Sequence record: OR992643 | Reading direction: 5' to 3' (one strand) | Origin: Escherichia phage EP-M-A | DNA length: 24,264 nt | Program-made: the position numbers and the translations under genes | Notes under the pieces: generated by a model | Databases searched by the model: none | What the model was told of the DNA's origin: nothing | What the model saw: the letters and a program-made list of their open reading frames with translations, nothing else | Part shown: positions 7,083 through 14,044 of the stretch, one piece after another | How the letters are laid out: every line of letters starts with the position of its first letter | How positions within the stretch are numbered: position 1 is the stretch's first letter

Positions 7083-7279
7083 TTCGTAAAATGTTCAGAG
7101 TAATTGGCGGTTTTGTGGCGTTTTTAACTTATCACGCGCTAATATTGCCGCTTGTCATAATGCTTCTTCCGTTTTTCGCGTATACCGCGTTCAAGTGCAG
7201 GAAAATAGAGCTAGAGGATTTGGTGTACGCCAAAGAAGTTGAGTGGGTTCGTAATTTGAAGTGGCCTAACTATACCTAA
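7079..7279 (+). CDS. small hydrophobic (probable membrane) protein, 66 aa
   Basis: The GAGGAGGA formed by the EEDLE codons of the upstream gene serves as its Shine-Dalgarno; ATGA overlap; hydrophobic stretch FVAFLTYHALILPLVIMLLPFFAY. Confidence 0.55.
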   Translation: MIRKMFRVIGGFVAFLTYHALILPLVIMLLPFFAYTAFKCRKIELEDLVYAKEVEWVRNLKWPNYT

Positions 7280-7284
7280 CTATA
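7265..7284. repeat. perfect tandem direct repeat CCTAACTATA x2, overlapping the palindrome AACTATAGTT (7278-7287)
   Basis: Read directly; about 25 bp upstream of the -35 of the SSB promoter; contains a further TATAGT hexamer. Confidence 0.5.
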
Positions 7285-7310
7285 GTTGAGAAAATAACTG
7301 GCTGGAAGGG

Positions 7311-7339
7311 TTGACACCTGAATAGTTAGCTATTATAGT
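7311..7339 (+). promoter_or_regulatory. consensus-like sigma70 promoter (-35 TTGACA, 17 nt spacer, -10 TATAGT) with palindrome GAATAG-ttag-CTATTA in the spacer
   Basis: TTGACA 7311-7316, TATAGT 7334-7339; upstream of the SSB gene. Confidence 0.7.
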
Positions 7340-7406
7340 TCTAATAACTGGCCGGGCAGTTCCCGGAGTAAACTTTGAAATATAAACTGAAAAGCGAGAA
7401 ATCAAG

Positions 7407-8033
7407 ATGGGACTGAAATTAAATCTGCGTAAAGTAAACACTGCATGGGTTAACGTATTTGAACGCGAAAAAGACCGTGAAAACGATGATGGTTCAATCA
7501 CTAAAGGCCAGTACAGCGCAACTATTATCCTGCCGTCTGACCATGCCCAAATCGATGCACTCTACGACAATGTTTACGCTGTAGTTGAAGAAGCGTTAGG
7601 TGCAGCCGCCGCCGAGAAGTGGATGAAGTCCAACTATGGCGAAGGTAAGCACATGGATAAATGCGCGATTAAAGACATTGCTGAGCGCGACAATCCGTTT
7701 GAAGACTTCCCGGAAGGCTTCTACTTCAAAGCGAAGGCACAGAAACAGCCACTGATTGTAACCTCTAAAAAAGGTGAGACCCAGGTAGAGCAGGACTTCA
7801 ACGTAGACGGTGAACAGATTGAAGGCGAACAGGTTTACAGTGGCTGCGTTGCTAACGTAAGCGTCGAAATCTGGTTCAGCCAGAAATATAAAGTTCTCGG
7901 TGTTAACCTGCTGGCGATTAAGTACGTCGGGGAAGGTAAAGCGTTTGGTGGCTCTAAAGTCGCCGCAAGCGTCGATGACCTGGAAGACGACGAAGAAGAT
8001 GGATCACCGCGCCGCGAACGTCGCCGTCGCTAA
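7407..8033 (+). CDS. single-stranded DNA-binding protein (T7 gp2.5-like), 208 aa
   Basis: Resembles gp2.5-type SSBs (C-terminal ...KAFGG... followed by the acidic tail VDDLEDDEEDG), here extended by a basic RRERRRR end; hairpin terminator downstream. Confidence 0.65.
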   Translation: MGLKLNLRKVNTAWVNVFEREKDRENDDGSITKGQYSATIILPSDHAQIDALYDNVYAVVEEALGAAAAEKWMKSNYGEGKHMDKCAIKDIAERDNPFEDFPEGFYFKAKAQKQPLIVTSKKGETQVEQDFNVDGEQIEGEQVYSGCVANVSVEIWFSQKYKVLGVNLLAIKYVGEGKAFGGSKVAASVDDLEDDEEDGSPRRERRRR

Positions 8034-8052
8034 TATCTGAATCAATTTAACT

Positions 8053-8076
8053 AAGGCCCTTCATTGGGCCTTTTTA
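8053..8076 (+). terminator. intrinsic terminator AAGGCCC-ttcatt-GGGCCTT plus TTTTT
   Basis: GC-rich hairpin and T tract immediately downstream of the SSB stop. Confidence 0.65.
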
Positions 8077-8092
8077 CTAAGGGTCGAAAATA

Positions 8093-10273
8093 ATGAGTTA
8101 CCTGTTCTTAGACTTTGAAACATTCTCCGAAGCCGATTTGAAGAAAGTCGGTTCTTACGCTTACGCCGAGCATCCGTCAACCGAAGTGCTTATCTGTACA
8201 TACTCTTTTGACGACGAGCCAGTACGTGTATGGGATTGCACTGACGGCAGCGACATGCCAGGAGATTTGCACCGTGCTCTGCGCCGTCTGGTGAAGCCAA
8301 ACAGCCGCATTAAGATGGTGTGGCACAACGGTGGACTTTTCGATAGGCCCATCATGAAACACTGCTGGGGCTTTGATATTCCCGTAAGCAACACCATTGA
8401 TACGATGATTTGGGCGTTTCGTCACGCGCTGCCGGGTTCACTTGATGCGCTGTGTGAAGTGCTCGGCGTGTCTGCTGACAATGCAAAAGATAAACGCGGC
8501 AAGGCGCTGATTCAGCGTTTCTCTAAACCGACACCGAAGAATTACAAAATCCGCCGCTACACCGCAGAAACACACCCGGACGAGTGGGCGCTGTTCATCA
8601 AGTACGCCGTGAGCGACATCACTGCGATGCGTGAAGTCTTCCATAAGCTGCCGCGTTGGGGTAACTCTGAGTTCGAAGACCGTGTACTGGAACTGGACCA
8701 GTTAATCAACGACCGCGGGTTTAAGGTTGACGTTGCACTGGCGGAAGCCGCTATTGAAGCCGTGGAGAAACACAAAGCGCAGTTACAGGAGGAAGCCCAA
8801 CGCAAATACGGCGGCTCGCTTACTGGTAAGGACTTTCTGCCGATTCTTCGTGAACTCTCCCCTGCACACCGCATACACAACGCACAGAAGTCGACGCTTA
8901 ACGACCTGCTGGCGGACGATGATTTACCGGACGACGCACGCACAATTATCGAAATGCGCCTCGGGGCCGCGTCCACCGCGTCAACGAAATATAACCCGCT
9001 GCTGTTGGGCCGCTCGTCTGACGACCGACGCCGTGGTTGCATCCAGTACGGTGGGGCCAAGCGTACGTTACGGTTTGCAGGTAAAGGCTTCCAGCCGCAG
9101 AACCTGGCGCGCGGGTACTATCACGATGATGAATTGGATAAAGGCATTTCAGCGTTACTTAAAGGCCGGGCACACCGCCGTTTTGATGTAGCCAAGCTAA
9201 CGGCATCGACGGTACGTAGCTGCATCATATCGGAAGTGGGGCATAAGTTTGTCGTCGCCGATTACTCAAACGTCGAAGGCCGTGGTTTAGCGTGGCTGGC
9301 AGGCGAAGAAACCGCGCTAGATACGTTCCGCGCCGGACTGGATATTTACTGCGTAACCGCAGGTAAGATGTTCGGCATGGACCCAGATTACATTAAGAAA
9401 GAACGTAAAGATTTGCGCCAGATTGGTAAGGCCTGCGAACTTGGGCTTGGCTATGCGGGCGGTGTCGGCGCATTCGTACAGTTCGCCAAGAACCTTGGCC
9501 TTGACCTGGTTGATATGGCAAAAACAATGGATGGGACTTTCCCCGACCACATCTGGGCTGCTACCGCACGTGGATATGAGTGGGCGCGTATTCAGGAAGC
9601 CAAGCGACCACCACGTCCAGGTGAAAAGGATGACCGACCATCATATATTCTTGATAAGAAAGTGTGGCGTACCTGTGACGCTATCAAGCGCATGTGGCGC
9701 GAGTCTCACCCGGAAACAGTAGCTTTCTGGCGAGATATTGAAGATGCAGCTATGGCGGCTATCCGCAACCCAGGTAAAGAGTTCACCGCAGGGCCGCGGG
9801 GCGTTAAGTTTTCGCGTAACGTAGAAACAGACACCAACGGCAACAAAGTCGCGGGCTGGTGGTTGCGCATGACGTTGCCGTCGGGCCGCGTTATGTCTTA
9901 CCCGGGCGTTGGTTTAAGTGTATCAAAAGAGACAGACGAAGACGGGAAGGTGTCTACTAACGTGCGCATCAAGTACCAGGGCGAAAACCAGTTAACCAGG
10001 CAGTGGGGCTTCCAGTATACCTACTCCGGTAAACTGGTGGAAAACTGCACTCAGGCGCTGTGCCGTGATTTGCTGGCTAATGCCCTGCTTAACGTCGAAG
10101 CAAACGGCTACCCAATTGTGCTTCATGTTCACGATGAGATTATCTGCGAGACGCCAGATTTACCGGAATACAATGTCGCAGAGCTTGAACGGTTGATGTG
10201 CGAATTACCAGAGTGGGCAGAGGGGTTCCCTCTTGTAGCGGAAGGTGCGGAGATGAAGCGCTATGCTAAGTAA
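8093..10273 (+). CDS. family A DNA polymerase with N-terminal 3'-5' proofreading exonuclease domain, 726 aa
   Basis: Exo I motif FLDFETFS; Pol A motif A VVADYSNVEGRGLAWLAG; motif B RQIGKACELGLGYAGG; motif C VLHVHDEIICE. Confidence 0.9.
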   Translation: MSYLFLDFETFSEADLKKVGSYAYAEHPSTEVLICTYSFDDEPVRVWDCTDGSDMPGDLHRALRRLVKPNSRIKMVWHNGGLFDRPIMKHCWGFDIPVSNTIDTMIWAFRHALPGSLDALCEVLGVSADNAKDKRGKALIQRFSKPTPKNYKIRRYTAETHPDEWALFIKYAVSDITAMREVFHKLPRWGNSEFEDRVLELDQLINDRGFKVDVALAEAAIEAVEKHKAQLQEEAQRKYGGSLTGKDFLPILRELSPAHRIHNAQKSTLNDLLADDDLPDDARTIIEMRLGAASTASTKYNPLLLGRSSDDRRRGCIQYGGAKRTLRFAGKGFQPQNLARGYYHDDELDKGISALLKGRAHRRFDVAKLTASTVRSCIISEVGHKFVVADYSNVEGRGLAWLAGEETALDTFRAGLDIYCVTAGKMFGMDPDYIKKERKDLRQIGKACELGLGYAGGVGAFVQFAKNLGLDLVDMAKTMDGTFPDHIWAATARGYEWARIQEAKRPPRPGEKDDRPSYILDKKVWRTCDAIKRMWRESHPETVAFWRDIEDAAMAAIRNPGKEFTAGPRGVKFSRNVETDTNGNKVAGWWLRMTLPSGRVMSYPGVGLSVSKETDEDGKVSTNVRIKYQGENQLTRQWGFQYTYSGKLVENCTQALCRDLLANALLNVEANGYPIVLHVHDEIICETPDLPEYNVAELERLMCELPEWAEGFPLVAEGAEMKRYAK

Positions 10274-10331
10274 ACTGATTATTGCGGTACTGGCGGGATT
10301 CGCCGCCGGTGTCTACTGTCACGAGGGGTAA
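10263..10331 (+). CDS. candidate micro-ORF, 22 aa, hydrophobic (MLSKLIIAVLAGFAAGVYCHEG)
   Basis: Hand translation; overlaps the polymerase stop; its terminal GAGGGG doubles as the Shine-Dalgarno for the next micro-ORF. Speculative. Confidence 0.25.
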   Translation: MLSKLIIAVLAGFAAGVYCHEG

Positions 10332-10337
10332 TACGGC

Positions 10338-10394
10338 ATGATGGTAGCCGTATTGGGTATGTTCATCGCAATTTATCTGTGGGTGCTGGAATGA
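10338..10394 (+). CDS. candidate micro-ORF, 18 aa, hydrophobic (MMVAVLGMFIAIYLWVLE)
   Basis: GAGGGG 9 nt upstream; ATGA overlap with the next micro-ORF. Speculative. Confidence 0.3.
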   Translation: MMVAVLGMFIAIYLWVLE

Positions 10395-10480
10395 AAATTT
10401 ACTGGTTTTATGAGGAAGACTGCCGAATCTGTCCGCGCTGCGGTATTGAGCATACGAAACGTGAGGGGTGTGTATTATGA
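10391..10480 (+). CDS. candidate micro-ORF, 29 aa, Cys-rich zinc-ribbon-like peptide (MKIYWFYEEDCRICPRCGIEHTKREGCVL)
   Basis: C-x2-C-x2-C pattern plus a further Cys; ATGA overlaps on both sides (previous micro-ORF and HNH gene). Speculative. Confidence 0.3.
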   Translation: MKIYWFYEEDCRICPRCGIEHTKREGCVL

Positions 10481-10974
10481 AAGCACCAAGTGACGATATA
10501 AAAGATTTTCTGTCATACGACCCAGATACCGGGATATTTAAATGGGTCAAGCACAGATGCCAGACCGCGAAACCCGGAGATGTTGTTACATACAAGGACC
10601 GTAAAGGGTACATATTGTTAGGATGGAATAGGGTGTATTACCGCGCACACAGGCTGGCGTGGTGGTGGGTGTACGGAGAGATGCCAACTAAGCAAATAGA
10701 CCATATTAACGGCATACGGGACGATAATCGGATTTGTAACCTACGGCTTGCGGATGAATTTCAACAGAACCATAACCGCAAGACCCCAGTTACAAACACC
10801 AGCGGGGTGAAAGGGGTTAACTGGAGTAAGCACCATAATGCTTGGTGTGCCCGCGTTGGTTTTAAAGGTACACGCCACCAGATTGGGTATTTCCAGAACC
10901 TAAATGAAGCAGACGAATCGCTGAGAGAATTTAGGGCAAAACTGCACGGAGAGTTTTGCAACCATGGCGACTAA
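10477..10974 (+). CDS. HNH homing endonuclease with C-terminal AP2-type DNA-binding domain
   Basis: HNH_3-like HRLAWWWVYGEMPTKQIDHINGIRDDNRICNLR; AP2-like GVKGVNWSKHHNAWCARVGFKGTRHQIGYF. Start at ATG 10477 with a GAGGGG Shine-Dalgarno. Confidence 0.8.
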   Translation: MKAPSDDIKDFLSYDPDTGIFKWVKHRCQTAKPGDVVTYKDRKGYILLGWNRVYYRAHRLAWWWVYGEMPTKQIDHINGIRDDNRICNLRLADEFQQNHNRKTPVTNTSGVKGVNWSKHHNAWCARVGFKGTRHQIGYFQNLNEADESLREFRAKLHGEFCNHGD

Positions 10975-11251
10975 AGAGGGCCGCGTACAGAAATACGCAA
11001 AAGAGCAATTCGAGGCCATTGGCGGCCTCGTTCGTAAACTTTCGTACGAGGGGCGCTCCGGCGCCCCTGACCTGCTGGTAATTCTCCCCGGCGGCATCGT
11101 CTGGTTCGTCGAGGTTAAGAAAGACGAAAACACGAAGCCTGACCCGCACCAGTTACGTGAGCATGAGCGGATGCGTAAACGCGGTGCAAATGTTTTTGTC
11201 GTTGGTTCGTTTAAACAGGTTGACGACCTAATAGCGAACTATTATAGTTAG
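10964..11251 (+). CDS. VRR-NUC domain nuclease (PD-(D/E)XK fold), 95 aa
   Basis: Core GAPDLLVILPGGIVWFVEVKKD (D...E-V-K) is typical of VRR-NUC; start overlaps the HNH stop. Confidence 0.7.
   Translation: MATKEGRVQKYAKEQFEAIGGLVRKLSYEGRSGAPDLLVILPGGIVWFVEVKKDENTKPDPHQLREHERMRKRGANVFVVGSFKQVDDLIANYYS
11220..11248 (+). promoter_or_regulatory. sigma70-like promoter (-35 TTGACG, 17 nt spacer, -10 TATAGT) with palindrome AATAG-cgaa-CTATT, embedded in the last codons of the VRR-NUC gene
   Basis: TTGACG 11220-11225, TATAGT 11243-11248; same architecture as the promoters at 4998 and 7311; followed by the leader motif ACACCAACAAT shared with the 22870 region. Confidence 0.6.
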
Positions 11252-11281
11252 CCATACACCAACAATATAAGGAATTGAGAA

Positions 11282-11473
11282 ATGAAACACGAATATGACC
11301 GCAAGCCAGCACGTGACATCGTACCTGGCGACATGATTTTCAACGTTAAGACCCGCCAGCCTGTTGCCGTTGATACTGTGTTCGTCGAGTCAAACGGTAA
11401 ACTGGTTATCGAAGATGTAACCGGTAACGTTACGGCGTTCGGGCGTAAAGAGCTAGTTTTGGTGGCAAAATGA
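11282..11473 (+). CDS. hypothetical protein, 63 aa
   Basis: AAGGA Shine-Dalgarno upstream; ATGA overlap with the downstream methyltransferase gene. Confidence 0.6.
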   Translation: MKHEYDRKPARDIVPGDMIFNVKTRQPVAVDTVFVESNGKLVIEDVTGNVTAFGRKELVLVAK

Positions 11474-12399
11474 ACTATTACAACGAGTGGGATAAAGGCG
11501 CAACCGCGTGGCTGCGCGAGTTGATAAAACAGGGCCACATACCTTTTGGAGTTGTAGATGAAAGAAGCATTACTGAAGTTAGACCAGAAGACCTTGACGG
11601 GTTCACCCAGTGTCATTTTTTCGCTGGTATCGGCGGCTGGTCTCTCGCGCTCAGACTTGCGGGAGTTTCGGAAGATACGCCTCTCTGGACGGGAAGCCCG
11701 CCTTGCCAACCGTTTAGCGCGGCAGGAAAACAACTCGGACAGTTCGACCCGAGACACCTCGCTCCAGTCTTCCTTGACCTCATCAGCGAGTGCCGTCCTC
11801 CAGTCATCTTTGGGGAACAAGTTGCGCCAGCAATTGCAAAATCGTGGATGTGCGATTTACAAACTCACCTGGAAGGAGAAGACTACGCCGTCGGGTTTGC
11901 CGTACTCCCAGCTTGTAGCGTCGGCGCACCGCACAAACGCGACAGGCTGTTCTTCGGCGCGCACAGACTGGCCCACACCGGCGGTATCACTGATAACAAA
12001 CGACGTGAACATGCGCAGCACAGACGGCAGGACGAAACCGAACAAACTGGGATGGGCCGCTGCGATGGCGGCATGGGTGACGCCGACCGCGAACGATTAC
12101 AGAGGGAGCGGAGAGACAGTTATTCGCAAGGACGGGAAGGACAGGACATTCAGCAGGCTGGACTACTCAACGGAGCAGGGACTGAAAATATCGCGGCCAA
12201 TCCGCATCACGGCTTCTGGTCAGATACTGACTGGCTCGGATGCCGGGATGGAAAATTCAGGCCAGTTGAACCCGGCACATTCCCGCTGGCTAATGGGGTA
12301 CCCGCCAGAGTGGGACGATTGCGCGGTTATGGCAATGCCATCGTCCCGCAAGTAGCCGCTGAATTTATAAAGGCATTCATGGGGGCGGTAAATGAGTAA
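11470..12399 (+). CDS. DNA (cytosine-5)-methyltransferase; the long ORF in this frame carries motifs I, IV, VI, VIII and X, but the TRD and motif IX appear to lie in the +1 frame (ORF 11558..12355)
   Basis: This frame: HFFAGIGG (I), SPPCQPFSAAGKQ (IV), FGEQV (VI), GAPHKRDRLFFGA (VIII), GYGNAIVPQVAAEFIKA (X). The +1 frame: RPIRITASG and LNPAHSRWLMGYPPEW (motif IX-like). Confidence 0.75.
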   Translation: MNYYNEWDKGATAWLRELIKQGHIPFGVVDERSITEVRPEDLDGFTQCHFFAGIGGWSLALRLAGVSEDTPLWTGSPPCQPFSAAGKQLGQFDPRHLAPVFLDLISECRPPVIFGEQVAPAIAKSWMCDLQTHLEGEDYAVGFAVLPACSVGAPHKRDRLFFGAHRLAHTGGITDNKRREHAQHRRQDETEQTGMGRCDGGMGDADRERLQRERRDSYSQGREGQDIQQAGLLNGAGTENIAANPHHGFWSDTDWLGCRDGKFRPVEPGTFPLANGVPARVGRLRGYGNAIVPQVAAEFIKAFMGAVNE

Positions 12400-13816
12400 G
12401 TTTCAAAGGCGCGAGTACCAGAAGCTCATGACTTCGTTCATGCTGCAACACCCGCGCTGTAATATCTGGTGCGGAATGGGGGGAGGTAAAACCTCCTCCA
12501 CTATGTGGGTGCTCAACCGCCTGTTCCGCAACGGGCAGCTTACGGAAGAGGACCGCGTGTTAATCCTTGCCCCGTTACGTGTTGCGTCCGGTACGTGGCC
12601 CGCTGAACAAGAGAAATGGCAATTCCCTTGTCTGCGTGTCGTAGATGCAACTGGTTCGGAGAAGCGCCGCATCGCGGCGCTGGAGTCAGATGCTAACGTG
12701 GTGTGCACTAACTACGAAGTTATCGAATGGCTGATTGACTACTACGGCAAAGACGACTGGCCTTTCACGGTTATCGTTGCCGATGAAAGCACGAAGCTAA
12801 AATCTTTCCGCAGCTGTTCGGGTGGGAGCAAGCGAGCGAAGGCGCTCAGCAAAGTGGCATTCGGTAAAGTTAAGCGTTTCATCAACCTGACTGGTACACC
12901 ATCACCTAACGGCCTCAAGGACTTGTGGGGCCAGAACTGGTTTATCGACGCAGGAGAGCGCCTCGGTTCATCGTACACGGCATTCACCGACCGCTGGTTT
13001 AACTCAGTGCAGAAAGGTAAGTCGGCTATGGCGCGTGAATATCACGCCCGCCCGGGTGCGGATACTGAGATTCATCAGAAGATGAAAGACATTAGTCTCA
13101 CGATTGACGCTGCCGAGTGGTTTGGTTGTGAAGCGCCGATTATTGTACCGGTTGAAATCGACCTGCCTAAGAAAGCGCGTCAGGCGTACATCGATATGGA
13201 GGAGAAGTTATTCGCGGAACTGGAGAGCGGAGAAGTTGAAGCCGCTAACGCGGCGGCGAAGACGTCGAAGTGCCTCCAGATTGCATCCGGCGCCGTGTAT
13301 GTGTCGGGGCCAGACGGCGAAGCAACCAAAGACTGGGAGAAAGTGCACGACACGAAACTGGATGCGCTGGGGTCGATTGTTGAGGAGTTACAGGGTGCAC
13401 CGCTGCTTGTGGCTTATCAGTTCAAGCACGAACTGGAACGCATCCTGAAACGTTTCCCGCAGGCACAGGCGTTTGCAAAAGGCGCTAAGGGTAATAAGCA
13501 GATGGAAGCGTGGAACCGTGGCGAAATCGAAATCCTATGCGTACATCCTGCGTCAGCCGGGCATGGTTTGAATTTACAGGACGGCGGTCACCATCTGGCG
13601 TTTATTTCGCAGGGCTGGAACCTTGAGCACTATTTGCAGGTCGTTGAGCGCATCGGCCCGGTACGCCAGAAACAGGCGGGCCACGAGCGCCCGGTGTTCC
13701 TCTACCATATCGTAGCTAAAGACACGCTGGATGAGGTTGTTGCTGCGCGTACAGACGAGAAGAAATCTGTACAGGAAGAGTTGCTTAACTACATGAAGAG
13801 ACGAGGTAAGAAATGA
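12392..13816 (+). CDS. SNF2/Rad54-family DNA-dependent ATPase (helicase-like), 474 aa
   Basis: Motif I GMGGGKT; motif II VIVADESTKLK; motif III LTGTPSPNGLKDLW; C-terminal helicase motifs HPASAGHGLNLQDGGHHLAF; overlaps the methyltransferase stop. Confidence 0.85.
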   Translation: MSKFQRREYQKLMTSFMLQHPRCNIWCGMGGGKTSSTMWVLNRLFRNGQLTEEDRVLILAPLRVASGTWPAEQEKWQFPCLRVVDATGSEKRRIAALESDANVVCTNYEVIEWLIDYYGKDDWPFTVIVADESTKLKSFRSCSGGSKRAKALSKVAFGKVKRFINLTGTPSPNGLKDLWGQNWFIDAGERLGSSYTAFTDRWFNSVQKGKSAMAREYHARPGADTEIHQKMKDISLTIDAAEWFGCEAPIIVPVEIDLPKKARQAYIDMEEKLFAELESGEVEAANAAAKTSKCLQIASGAVYVSGPDGEATKDWEKVHDTKLDALGSIVEELQGAPLLVAYQFKHELERILKRFPQAQAFAKGAKGNKQMEAWNRGEIEILCVHPASAGHGLNLQDGGHHLAFISQGWNLEHYLQVVERIGPVRQKQAGHERPVFLYHIVAKDTLDEVVAARTDEKKSVQEELLNYMKRRGKK

Positions 13817-14016
13817 GTAATGAGTTCGATATTGACGCTTGCAACGAATTGATAAAAGACGCTCTTAACGCCCGCGAGCAACTTCTTGCTATGCAGTTAA
13901 AGCGAGAAATAAAACGTATCAAGGAACTCGAGGAGGAGGTTCTACGACTACGCCAGCAAAGAGACGCCGCTAATGCGCAACTGGCGTTTGTACTTGAGAA
14001 GTTATCAGAAGAGTAA
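13813..14016 (+). CDS. hypothetical coiled-coil protein, 67 aa
   Basis: ATGA overlap with the SNF2 gene; heptad-like charged sequence; followed by a bidirectional terminator. Confidence 0.55.
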   Translation: MSNEFDIDACNELIKDALNAREQLLAMQLKREIKRIKELEEEVLRLRQQRDAANAQLAFVLEKLSEE

Positions 14017-14020
14017 AGAA

Positions 14021-14040
14021 AAGGCCCCGTTTGGGGCCTT
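14021..14040. terminator. bidirectional terminator hairpin AAGGCCCC-gttt-GGGGCCTT between convergent operons
   Basis: Perfect 8 bp stem; T-rich on the minus-strand side (downstream of the tailspike gene). Confidence 0.65.
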
Positions 14041-14044
14041 CAAC

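Noticed and set aside
8161-9722. ORFs on both strands nested inside the DNA polymerase gene (up to 167 aa)
   Set aside because: All overlap a gene with unambiguous Pol A motifs; translations are low-complexity and lack start signals.
10266-10613. Minus-strand ORF of 115 aa spanning the micro-ORF region and the HNH start
   Set aside because: Antisense to the HNH gene, which has clear motifs; no ribosome-binding site.
11248-11820. Minus-strand ORF of 190 aa antisense to the methyltransferase region
   Set aside because: Antisense to sense-strand genes with clear methyltransferase motifs; Arg/Ser-rich with no start context. This differs from the same-strand +1 ORF, which is reported as a finding.
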